Below, piece by piece: positions 29,443-38,863 of a DNA stretch of 64,000 nucleotides. Position 1 is the first letter of the stretch. Each line of letters opens with the position of its first letter. The stretch lies in assembly GCA_963665115.1 (NCBI GenBank), contig OY762007.1, positions 3,616,001 through 3,680,000 of the forward strand, given 5' to 3'. Source of the DNA: an uncultured Rivularia sp. Its GTDB lineage: Bacteria; Cyanobacteriota; Cyanobacteriia; Cyanobacteriales; Nostocaceae. The notes under the pieces were generated by a model. That model did not search any database. It saw nothing but the letters and a program-made list of their open reading frames with translations, and was not told the DNA's origin. Both the position numbers and the translations under genes were made by a program.

Positions 29443-31044
29443 ACGTCGGAATAATTTCAATAATCCAATCCCTGTAATTAAACTAGATAAAATAGTAGTT
29501 GTTATTACTCCAATTACAAAGCTAACAATCCAAGCAATATCTGGATTCCAAATCTTAGATAATACTGAATTAGCAGTTAAACCTGTAAAAGTGCCAAAGA
29601 ATACGCTTGCAAAAATACCTATAAAAGATAGTATCAACCATCCTAAAGAATTGTCTATTTGTCGGCGTATGGTTAACCATTTAGCTATAGATGTTCCTCC
29701 GATTACTCCTGTCACTGCACATAGCAATTCTCTATAATCACCGAATAATATACTCCCTGTAAAAGTTCCGATAAATAAACCGATCAAAAAACCAAACAAA
29801 GTTTCTATTAAAGACCAAAAATTAAATATAATTCGCTGTTTTAGTACCAACCATTGCATAACTTCAACTGGTACCAAAGTAATAATTGCAGCTAACATCG
29901 CGTAGTGATAACCTACATTCTGACCAAAAAGAAATCTTACCGCTTCACTAAAAAAAACACGTATAAATAAACCAATGCCGATACCGACAATATTCGACAT
30001 CATCCATTGATAGAAAAAACCAACGTTAATAGCTGTTATTGGAGTTGTTAGAGTATTAATTTCGCTTGTCTTGGGTGGATTAGTAACGTTAAAATTTTCA
30101 GGATTATTCGTATTAGAAGGTATATTACTTTGAAGCGTGGGCAAAAGTGAAATTGGCTTAATCTCCAATAACCGTTGTAAAATTTCTTCAGTATTTTTCG
30201 GACGTTGAGAAGGCGATCGCTTCATCATCCAATCGAGAAAGTCTGCAAACTCTGGCGAAATATTCGGTACTGCATCTCGCCATAATAATTCATCAGTTTG
30301 GGGATTATAAAATTGATTTGGATCTTTTGCGGTGAGTAAATAAACGAACGTCCTTCCCAAAGCGAAAAAATCCGATTGCTGCATAGCTTGACCGTTCATT
30401 TGTTCTGGTGGCGTGTATCCGGCGGAAACAATTCCCGTCACCTTTCCTTCCGCTTGTGATTGCCAGTAAGTATCTGTAACTACTCGCGCCGTACCAAAAT
30501 CAATCAGTGCTAAACCACCTTCAGCCCGCAGCATCACGTTAGCTGGCTTAATATCGCGATGAAAAAAGTTTTGATTATGAACCTGTTGCAAAATAACAGT
30601 TAATTCCTGCAACCACTGCATAGCCATTCTTTCATCAATAGGATGATATTCTCGCTGTTTGATATATTCATACAAATTCATCCCCTCAATTTTTTCCATT
30701 ACCAAACAGTGCAAAGGTTGCTGACTGTTGCGGGGATGATAAATAAAATATCCGTCGTCTTCAACTTGAGGAATACCCGAATAATTTAATTGAGATAAAA
30801 CTTCAGCTTCCCGTTGAAACAATTCAATAGCTTTAGGGAAATTATTATGGAGAATTTTCAGAACTTTTACCGTAGCGTTGCGTTCTTTTATCTCATAAGT
30901 CTTACCAAAACCACCACCTCCTAAATATTTTACTACCTTGTAACGTCCTTGCAGCAGCAATTCCGAACCGCAACCCAGACAAAAAATTATCTTGTCAGGA
31001 TTATCATCAGGTTTTGGGCAATGGGGATTTATACAAAGACTCAT
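29431..31044 (-). CDS. Ser/Thr kinase with N-terminal 4-Cys prefix and C-terminal multi-TM domain
   Basis: MSLCINPHC...CLGCG, GGGGFG, HRDIKPAN and DFG, with about six C-terminal hydrophobic helices. Confidence 0.9.
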   Translation of the reverse strand: MSLCINPHCPKPDDNPDKIIFCLGCGSELLLQGRYKVVKYLGGGGFGKTYEIKERNATVKVLKILHNNFPKAIELFQREAEVLSQLNYSGIPQVEDDGYFIYHPRNSQQPLHCLVMEKIEGMNLYEYIKQREYHPIDERMAMQWLQELTVILQQVHNQNFFHRDIKPANVMLRAEGGLALIDFGTARVVTDTYWQSQAEGKVTGIVSAGYTPPEQMNGQAMQQSDFFALGRTFVYLLTAKDPNQFYNPQTDELLWRDAVPNISPEFADFLDWMMKRSPSQRPKNTEEILQRLLEIKPISLLPTLQSNIPSNTNNPENFNVTNPPKTSEINTLTTPITAINVGFFYQWMMSNIVGIGIGLFIRVFFSEAVRFLFGQNVGYHYAMLAAIITLVPVEVMQWLVLKQRIIFNFWSLIETLFGFLIGLFIGTFTGSILFGDYRELLCAVTGVIGGTSIAKWLTIRRQIDNSLGWLILSFIGIFASVFFGTFTGLTANSVLSKIWNPDIAWIVSFVIGVITTTILSSLITGIGLLKLFRRVKT

Positions 31045-31391
31045 AATTAATGGGCATGGAGAATTGGGCATTGGGCATTGGGCATTGGGAATTGGGTATT
31101 AACCTTTAACCTTTGACCTTTAACCTCTAACCTTTTATTGCACGACTTCTACTAATGTACCTATTTTTACGACCTTATATAATTCTTCCACATCTTTATT
31201 TTTTAATGACGGACAACCCAAAGTCCAATTTTGTTGATTATCTATCACATAAAACTTCCGCAACATCCCTAAGAGGGAAAATAAATCGCAAGCGAGCTAG
31301 TAGAAAATATAGTGCAGATGTGCTAAAAATTAAAAGCAAAATTATTTTTATCTGTTTTTGATATTTAAATTCACTTGACTTAAAGTAATAA

Positions 31392-31514
31392 TGAATGGTC
31401 GCAATTGTCACAAAATTTGGGTGGTGCGTGACACTACAAACCTTATTACTACGTTGATAATCAGTTAAAGTGTCACAGCACCCTACAACGAAAATATGCC
31501 AGTTGCGTAAGTCT
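31392..31514. mobile_element. Right arm of the AGGACTTACGCA-type MITE (ends TGCGTAAGTCTT)
   Basis: Inverted match to 28004-28125. Confidence 0.7.
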
Positions 31515-31621
31515 TAGATTTAATCAAAAAATTTATAAATTAAGAAAAGCCCCCCTTTGATAAGGGGGGTTGGGGGGATATTCCCTATGCCCCATGCCCC
31601 ATGCCCAATCCCCAATTCCCA

Positions 31622-32477
31622 ATGAACAAAGAAATGCGCCGCGACTTTGACAACCGTGAAGAATTAATCGCTTACCTCAAACAAGAATTTCCCGAAGTTG
31701 CAAAACGAGACGAAACACATCAGCGAAACCGTAGGTGGACGAAAAGCCGCCGAAAAAGCATTAGAAAAAGTAGATCCCAGAAAATACGGGAAAACACGTA
31801 ATTTTTTAACTGGCGGTGTTACCAGACTTTCCGCTTATCTGCGCTACGGTGTTCTCAGTTTGGCAGAAGTACGAGACTTCGCCTTAAATAGAGCTAGCAA
31901 CGATAACGATGCCACAAAGTTAGTTAACGAATTAGGCTGGCGCGATTATTGGCAAAGATTATATGTAAAACTCGGCGATAAAATTTGGGAAGATAGAGAA
32001 GAATACAAAACAGGTTATAGCGTCGCCGATTATGCGCCGGAATTTCCAGAAGATATCGCACAAGGTACTACGGGATTAGTTTGCATCGATAATTTTAGTC
32101 AACAATTGCGCGAAACTGGCTATTTACACAATCATATTCGGATGTGGATTGCAGCTTACATAGTGCATTGGCGCAGAATTCGCTGGCAAGCTGGAGCAAA
32201 ATGGTTTTTAGAGCATTTATTAGACGGAGATCCAGCTTCTAATAATATGTCATGGCAATGGGTAGCGAGTACCTTTAGCCATAAACCTTATTTCTTCAAT
32301 CGTGAGAATTTAGAACGTTATACCGATGGAGTTTATTGTAAGCGATGTCCTTTATATGGGAATTGCGATTTTGAAGGAAGTTATGAAGAATTAGAAGAGA
32401 AATTGTTTCCTAAAAAAGAGTTTAGTAATAAGCCTAATAGTCAGAGTTATCAGAAAGGGAAGAGGAAGAAAGGTTAA
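31622..32477 (+). CDS. Stand-alone FAD-binding domain of the photolyase/cryptochrome family, with a +1 frameshift near 31713
   Basis: TRLSAYLRYG, ELGWRDYW, TGYLHNHIRMW and LDGDPASNNMSWQWVA. Deleting one A in GAAAC (31712-31716) joins MNKEMRR...VAKRDE to HISETVGG. Confidence 0.85.
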
Positions 32478-32511
32478 AGGTTAGAGGTCAAAAGTCAAAG
32501 GTTAAATAATG

Positions 32512-33422
32512 TAAAATGTAGGTTGGGTTAGGCGCACGGATATATTCATTATTTACGACAGTTCAAGACGCGCCGTAACCCAACATTGCCTTATTGATGT
32601 TTTAGAAAATTCTGCTTTTTAATAACAATATTTATCCACAAGCATGATGTTGAGTTACAACACGATTAATGTTATCGCTACAAATTAAATTTGGTTTTCG
32701 TGCCTTACCCAACCTACAGACTTAACTAGCCATCATAATCGCCTCGGAATCAATTCCAAGGCTAATAGCTCAAGTCTACTTAAGTAGACTGAAAGTCCTA
32801 CTCAGTCGTATGAAAGGATGTAGGCTGTTAGTTAAAGGTGAAAGAATGTAGGTTGGCTTCACGGCGCACTAATATATTATTGTTTAACAAATAATTAATA
32901 TTGCAACCTAACCTAACATTTCATTATGGGTATTTTATATAATTCTACATTTGAACAACAGTATGTATCTGCTTCAATGGAAATTGGAGGTTTGTTAATG
33001 AAGCTTAATTTTAAAACGATGACAATGGGAGAGCTAAAAAAATATGTTCTAGAGAATCGAAATGATAAAGCAGCATTTGAGGCATTAATGGAACGAATTG
33101 ATGCTCAACCTCAAGAGCAAGTTTATGGAGAGGTAAATCCCGAACAATTTTCTGAAATTCTAAAACAACATCGCCGCTTTCAGAAAGATTGAGATTGTGA
33201 GTTATTTTATGTAGATAAAATGTAGGTTGGGTTAGGCGCACGAATATATTCATATTTTACGAAAAATAAAGACGCGCCGTAACCCAACATGGCGTTATTG
33301 ATGTTTTAGAAAATTCTGCTTTTTAATAACAATATTTATCCACAAGCGTGATGTTGGGTTACGACACGATTAATGTTATCGCTACAAATTAAATTTGGTT
33401 TCCGTGTCTAACCCAACCTACA
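32512..33422. repeat. Two 207-bp direct repeats (32512-32718 and 33216-33422) built from GTAGGTTGGGTT...AACCCAAC REP palindromes
   Basis: Direct comparison shows high identity. Related partial copies lie at ~32848, ~56580 and ~57767-57832. Confidence 0.85.
32998..33192 (+). CDS. Small protein resembling cyanobacterial DUF6887 proteins
   Basis: GGAGG RBS at 32986-32990 and the NF..MT..ELK.YVL.NR.D..AF pattern. Confidence 0.6.
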   Translation: MKLNFKTMTMGELKKYVLENRNDKAAFEALMERIDAQPQEQVYGEVNPEQFSEILKQHRRFQKD

Positions 33423-33425
33423 AAC

Positions 33426-33671
33426 TTAGAGTTTGCTGGTTTTGTTTTAGTCAATGGTAGATATCAACCAATTGAAACCAACGAACAAGGATGGATGTTT
33501 TCCGAACAAGTAGGTTTATTCTTAGGAATATATGAAGAGAAATTACGCTTTTTTGCTAGAGAAGGTGAATTAGTTCCCACACCAGAAGAAGTTGCACAAC
33601 AACAGAAGCAAAGAGCCGATATTTTAGCTGCGAAGTTGCGGGAATTAAATATTGATCCGGATTTGTTGTGA
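33426..33671 (+). pseudogene. C-terminal fragment of a Uma2-family endonuclease
   Basis: LEFAGFVLVNGRYQPIETNEQGWMFSEQVGLFLG...LRFF...GELVPTPEE...LAAKLRELNIDPD. It has no start codon and begins right at the end of the REP repeat. Confidence 0.75.
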
Positions 33672-33771
33672 GTTAGATTTATATCCATAAAAAATGGATA
33701 ATTTTTCAAGATTTATCTTGTGTCATCATGTAGATAATCATTAAACCTATGCGAAACCTGACAAAGCGACA

Positions 33772-34041
33772 ATGACCCTCACAGCCCCAATACAAATACG
33801 ACGTTTTCCTTTGTCACAATAGCAAAGACAAGCCAGAAGTAAAACAAATAGGGCAACAATTAAAACAGCAAGGACTCGAACCTTGGTTAGATGAAAATGT
33901 CCTCTCGATATCAGTCCTTTTGAACATGAAAAAAGCTGGGAATACCAAACGAAATTAAGAAGCGAATTGGAAATACTCAGGCGCGATTTAGAAGAATATG
34001 CTATAGCTTTAGCAGTAATTGCGGGTGTAGATTATACATGA
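33772..34041 (+). pseudogene. Internally deleted TIR-domain protein gene
   Basis: YDVFLCHNSKDKPEVKQIGQQLKQQGLEPWLDE is a TIR_2 N-terminus. It joins out of frame at ~33895 to CPLDISPFEHEKSWEYQTKLRSELEILRRDLEEYAIALAVIAGVDYT*. Confidence 0.72.
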
Positions 34042-34520
34042 CCGAAATGAGTAGATACATTGAAGCTTTAGAAGAGTTTGATGGACAAGGTAATGCGATA
34101 TTTTGCGCTGGTGGAATTTCTAATTGTCCAGATTGGCAATCGCAAATGGTGGAATTATTGAAACCTTCACCTTTGATTATTTTAAATCCCCGTCGTGCTA
34201 ATTTTCCGATTGATAACCCCGACGCTTCCAAACAACAAATTGCATGGGAACACAGACATTTGCGACTCGCTTCATCGATTCTGTTTTGGTTTCCTCAAGA
34301 AACAATTTGTCCGATAACCCTTTACGAACTCGGTGCTTTCTCAATGACAGATAAACCTTTATTTGTAGGTGTTCATCCTAATTATCCGAGAAGACAAGAC
34401 GTAGAAATCCAAACTAATTTAGCACGTCCCGATATTAATATAGTTTATTGCTTAGAAGATTTAGCAGAACAAATTTTAAAATCAGGTTGTAAAAATATTA
34501 AAAAAATAAAACACTCTTAA
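34038..34520 (+). CDS. Nucleoside 2-deoxyribosyltransferase-like domain protein
   Basis: IFCAGGI..CPDWQ, LNPRR, QIAWE...L..A..ILFWF and PITLYELG. Confidence 0.8.
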   Translation: MTEMSRYIEALEEFDGQGNAIFCAGGISNCPDWQSQMVELLKPSPLIILNPRRANFPIDNPDASKQQIAWEHRHLRLASSILFWFPQETICPITLYELGAFSMTDKPLFVGVHPNYPRRQDVEIQTNLARPDINIVYCLEDLAEQILKSGCKNIKKIKHS

Positions 34521-34569
34521 GATAGATTTTATATTTATGTGAATCGGTTGTATTATAACCAAAGTAAAA

Positions 34570-34730
34570 AAAAATCAGCCTAATCCAGCTTATTTTATTC
34601 AAGTTGGAGCGGAGGAACCACTATTACGGGGGCGTATTTTACTTAGAAGTCTTAATATCTTCTTGGTAAGAAGGATACCTCTCAATCCTAGCCCGTCAGC
34701 TAACTTCGCAGGCATTGAGGGGAATTGATG
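34570..34730 (+). promoter_or_regulatory. c-di-AMP (ydaO/yuaA) riboswitch
   Basis: Hallmark segments in order: GCCTAATCC, GGAGCGGAGGAACCA, GGGGCGTAT, CCCGTCAGCTAACTTCGCAGGC. It lies upstream of an ion-transporter gene. Confidence 0.85.
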
Positions 34731-35104
34731 ATGAACAACATTTTTATTGTATTTATCGTCTCTATCCCAGGCTAATATCACTCGCGTCAGTTGTGTACTT
34801 AATTATTACCTGGTGAATTATCATGCATGATTTTTTTCGATTGAATAAAATAAAAAATTTCAGGTTGTAAGCATTTGAAATTGTATAAATGCTAATTTTT
34901 TCCTGCTTCAAAATTAACTATCTCTCTTTACTTCTTACCTCTGTTTCCTCAGCGTCTCTGCGGTTTTTTATTATCAATACTCTAATAATAAACAAGTCAT
35001 TTCCGTAATGGCAGCATCTTGCTCCCTAACAAAAACCTGAGACATTTCAAAAACTAAGAAATTCAAAATACCACTACATACTATTAAATTTAAAGGAGCT
35101 TGTT

Positions 35105-36442
35105 ATGGGGAATTGGCAAGCAATGTTAAGCGGTGCCATATTTATCACTGTCATTGGTTTAATTATGACAGAATGGATAAATTTGACGGTAGCAGCTTTA
35201 CTCGGAGCATTACTATTAGTTTTTACTAATATAATGACTTTAGAAGAAGCAGTCGGATACATCGCTAAAAGTCACGGAACAATATCGTTATTTTTCGGGG
35301 TAATGATATTGGTTAGAGCGTTTCAACCAACAAAAGTCTTTGATTATTTAGCTGCACGCATATTATTACTGGTAAAAGGAGAAGGTAAGCGTTTACTACT
35401 AGGAATTATTGCGATAACTGTTCCAGTTTGTGCGTTTTTACCCAATGCTACAACTGTAATGCTATTAGCACCTTTAATTCCTCCAATAGCTAAAGAATTA
35501 AGCGTTAATTTTGTGCCGCTATTGATTTTAATGGTATTCGTTGCGAATGCTTCGGGATTATTAACTATAGTCGGCGATCCAGTTACATTTTTAGTTAGCG
35601 ATGCAATTAATTTAAGTTTTGCAGATTATTTATTACGTTTAAGTTTGGGGGGAGTAATTGCGATCGCAGTTGTTGCTCTGACATTACCCATACTTTTCCG
35701 CAAAATTTGGCGAACAAAGTTAGATGATTTAGAACACATACCGCATCCTCAAATTAAGCACCTAGAAGCTTTAGTAATGGGTGGGTTAATATTTGCTTTT
35801 GTAATCCTCTTTTTTGTGATTGGAGATACTTTACCAGTCAAAATTTCACCTGCTGCGGTTGCTTTATTGGGTGCTGCTTTGTCAATGCTTGTATCTCATC
35901 AAAGTAAAGTTGATACCGTGGACAATATTTTGCGCGATGTTGATTGGAGTACTTTAATATTTTTTATGAGTACTTTTGTGTTAATCGGAGGATTACAAAA
36001 AACAGGGGTAATTCAAAGTTTCGCAGGTATATTAGCAACATCTATCGGGACTAATATGATTTTTGGTTCGATAGTATTAGTTTTTGTCACCGGAATCCTA
36101 TCAAGTATAGTTCCTAATATTCCTTTAGTGGTAGCAATGATACCTCTGTTAAAACAGTATTTAATTAATGTTGGTTTAGTGGGAGCAGAAGTATTAACAC
36201 CAGATTTTCAAGGACAATTACCACCATCTGTATTACCTTTATTTTATGCGATGTTATTCGGTGCAAGTTTAGGAGGAAACGGTACTTTAGTAGGAGCATC
36301 TTCTAATATTGTCGCTGCTGGAATTGCTCAACAATACGGAAGACGTATTTCGTTTAAAGGATTTCTCAAATACAGTATTCCGATAACAGTATTACAGTTA
36401 GTCGCAGCCACAATTTATTTATTAATTCGATTTTTTGGCTGA
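35105..36442 (+). CDS. ArsB/NhaD (IT superfamily) permease
   Basis: FLPNATTV, AN.SG.LT.VGDP, VDWSTLIFF, PNIP and LGGNGTLVGASSN, with about 12 TM segments. Confidence 0.88.
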   Translation: MGNWQAMLSGAIFITVIGLIMTEWINLTVAALLGALLLVFTNIMTLEEAVGYIAKSHGTISLFFGVMILVRAFQPTKVFDYLAARILLLVKGEGKRLLLGIIAITVPVCAFLPNATTVMLLAPLIPPIAKELSVNFVPLLILMVFVANASGLLTIVGDPVTFLVSDAINLSFADYLLRLSLGGVIAIAVVALTLPILFRKIWRTKLDDLEHIPHPQIKHLEALVMGGLIFAFVILFFVIGDTLPVKISPAAVALLGAALSMLVSHQSKVDTVDNILRDVDWSTLIFFMSTFVLIGGLQKTGVIQSFAGILATSIGTNMIFGSIVLVFVTGILSSIVPNIPLVVAMIPLLKQYLINVGLVGAEVLTPDFQGQLPPSVLPLFYAMLFGASLGGNGTLVGASSNIVAAGIAQQYGRRISFKGFLKYSIPITVLQLVAATIYLLIRFFG

Positions 36443-36793
36443 TCCTAATTTTTGTTTAATTACTTCTTCCTTCTCCCGAAACCCCACCAAAACAGCATTA
36501 CCATCTTTGACAAACAAAGGGCGTTTGAGCAACATAGCATCTTGAGAAAAAGCTTCTATCCATTGCTCATCGCTCCAAGTTTTCTTTTCTTCACCTAAAG
36601 CTCGATAAGATTGTCCTGAAGTATTTCGCATCGGTTTAGAAGTTAAACTTTTTACCCAGTTTTCAACCATTTCTTTACTGGGTGGGTTTTCTTTAGTATT
36701 AACAAACTCGTATTCAATATTGTTATTTTGCAGCCAAGCGAAAGCTTTTTTGCAAGTACCGCAGTTGGGAATACCGTAAACTTGGATTGACAT
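36422..36793 (-). CDS. Spx/MgsR/YffB (ArsC-like thioredoxin-fold) protein
   Basis: YGIPNCGTCKKA, NTSGQSYR and LLKRP...VGF. Confidence 0.85.
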   Translation of the reverse strand: MSIQVYGIPNCGTCKKAFAWLQNNNIEYEFVNTKENPPSKEMVENWVKSLTSKPMRNTSGQSYRALGEEKKTWSDEQWIEAFSQDAMLLKRPLFVKDGNAVLVGFREKEEVIKQKLGSAKKSN

Positions 36794-36875
36794 TACTACC
36801 TGTAGGGGGATTGAGAAATAAACAGCTATAAAGGTAAGCTGAATTTATAAAACTTATTTTCTCCCAATTTGTGAC

Positions 36876-36986
36876 ATGAGCCAAGAAGATAAAAATATTA
36901 TCAAAATCGATCCCGGCACCGTGGTATTTATTATATTTGTCTTGTTGATACTTCCGTTACTGCTTACAGGTTTCCTTTCTCAATAA
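36876..36986 (+). CDS. Putative 36-aa single-pass membrane microprotein
   Basis: MSQEDKNIIKIDPGTVVFIIFVLLILPLLLTGFLSQ*, below the ORF-track length cut-off and divergent from the Spx-like gene. Confidence 0.5.
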   Translation: MSQEDKNIIKIDPGTVVFIIFVLLILPLLLTGFLSQ

Positions 36987-37031
36987 AAATTCTCTAAACT
37001 CGTAAAAAACATACTACATATCTCTGAAAAA

Positions 37032-37144
37032 GGCGTTGCTGAATCCGGGTATGGATTTAAATGTAGAGATGTGCATAGTATCACGTCTCTACAATCGTTT
37101 CGGTTTTCCAATCAACCCGTTTCATACATCAAATCAGCAACGCC
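37032..37144. mobile_element. 113-bp MITE with terminal inverted repeats and a probable target-site duplication
   Basis: Ends are GGCGTTGCTGA and TCAGCAACGCC, flanked by CTGAAAAA (37024-37031) and CTGAAAAT (37145-37152). It carries an internal GTAGAGA...TCTCTAC palindrome. Confidence 0.75.
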
Positions 37145-37441
37145 CTGAAAATAATCTAGAGTGATATATAGCGTGTCTACTTTTTTTCTAGTTCTAATGG
37201 CATTAATTAATCTCCTGATTTTTTTAGCCAATAAGCCAGCAAAATGCCTTCTATTAACCATCAATTAAGCAATAGTCCTATTTTTATATTGAGATAGCAT
37301 CAAAAGCAATGTAATATTAAAATGATTCGATGGTTATAAATTTTACTATTATTATTGGTTAGATGTTGTTAAGTTAGGACTAGCATTCCTAAACACGTAT
37401 AAATCAAGTCAAAGTATGTAATATTGATACCATTATCTTTT

Positions 37442-38125
37442 TTACTGCAATCTCTCAACAAACTTTTGATGTTCATTTGTCTGCAATCCTTGCTGTAGAG
37501 TAGTTAAAACAGAAGCTAAATTACCTTCTCGTAAAGCATCAACAGCTAACCATAAACCTGGAAAAACTTCGCTACGAATAATACCCGTTTCGTCGGCTTC
37601 TAAGAAAATATAACGACCTTCTTTTAAAATAAACCAGTCCAAACGGTTTTCATACATTTGCCAAACAATATATTCCTTAACACCGTTGCGACGGTAAGCA
37701 TTAAGTTTGTCATTGAGGTCATAAGAAGCACTGCTAGCTGCAATTTCTACAATCAATTCTGGCGAACCTTCGATATAATCATCTTCACTAATACGAGAAT
37801 TACCACCTACTTCCGGTTCTATTCTTAATAAAGCATCTGGTTGCGGTTCGTTATCGGCATCTAAACGTACAGTGGCATTATCTAGTAAATCTACTCCTGG
37901 ACTCGCTGCACTATATGTTCCCAACCAACCAATAATTTTAGCATGAGGTCTACCATGTTTTGTCGCACGTACAGGTGAAGCCACGTAAACAACTCCTTCG
38001 ATTAATTCTGCCTTCTTAATCTGGATCGTGTCTTGGTAGCGACGTTCAAACTCATATCGTGTCAGGCGATCGCCATTTTCAAGAGGTGGTACGTTAACAA
38101 TAGTGGATGTAGTTGTCATAATCAA
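37442..38125 (-). CDS. Uma2-family (PD-(D/E)XK) endonuclease
   Basis: LENGDRL...EF, AELIEGVV, PQPD, PELIVEIAASS and K...Y...GV.EY. Confidence 0.9.
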   Translation of the reverse strand: MIMTTTSTIVNVPPLENGDRLTRYEFERRYQDTIQIKKAELIEGVVYVASPVRATKHGRPHAKIIGWLGTYSAASPGVDLLDNATVRLDADNEPQPDALLRIEPEVGGNSRISEDDYIEGSPELIVEIAASSASYDLNDKLNAYRRNGVKEYIVWQMYENRLDWFILKEGRYIFLEADETGIIRSEVFPGLWLAVDALREGNLASVLTTLQQGLQTNEHQKFVERLQ

Positions 38126-38228
38126 TTACCAGTTATCAATTAACAATTATCAATATAATCAGGTGTGAATCATCTGCTTAATTTCTATCTTAATATTGAT
38201 TATTAGCTTACTTAAAATCTAAAATCCT

Positions 38229-38645
38229 ATGACTAACCAAATAATCTGGGTACACGGAGATTGTTTGAGTCCGAAAAACCCCGCACTTGATGAATATCCG
38301 AATACTCCCGCTATCTGGGTTTGGGATGATGCATTATTAGAAGAATGGCAAATCAGCCTCAAACGCATTGCTTTTATTTACGAATGCTTGCTAGAATTAC
38401 CCGTTGTAATTCGTCGTGGTGATGTTGCAAAGGAAGTTTTAGCTTTTGCAAAAGAACATGATACGAATAAAATTGTTACTACAGATAGTCCAAGTCCCCG
38501 TTTTAATAATATTTGCGACGAAATAGAAGGTTCAAAAGAATTAGAAATATTTGAAGTCGAACCATTTTTTGAATACGACGGTTTTATTGACCTCAAGCGC
38601 TTTTCTCGTTACTGGAAAGTCGCTCAAAAATACGTTTTTGAATAG
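38229..38645 (+). CDS. Small protein resembling the N-terminal alpha/beta domain of photolyases
   Basis: IIWVHGDCL...NPAL, AIWVWD, SLKRIAFIYECL and LKRFSRYW. Confidence 0.6.
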   Translation: MTNQIIWVHGDCLSPKNPALDEYPNTPAIWVWDDALLEEWQISLKRIAFIYECLLELPVVIRRGDVAKEVLAFAKEHDTNKIVTTDSPSPRFNNICDEIEGSKELEIFEVEPFFEYDGFIDLKRFSRYWKVAQKYVFE

Positions 38646-38863
38646 TGAACAGTTACCATTTGCCAGTTACCAGAAACTTAGTTTTTAGCCCACGCAGGTG
38701 GGCTTTGCATTTGTAGCCCCAGACTTTTAGTCTGTGGGCGTTCTTTTCAATTAATCACAACTACCTAAAGTTAGAAGTATCAAGAGGATACATTAATTAA
38801 ATTACTTTGCTACTGTGAGTAGACAAAACATTTACGTTCAAATTGTCTGCTGAGGAATAAATA

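Noticed and set aside
35105..36793. Second arsenic-resistance locus (arsB plus arsC)
   Set aside because: The permease follows a c-di-AMP riboswitch, the ArsC-like protein is of the Spx/YffB type, and the two genes are convergent rather than co-transcribed.
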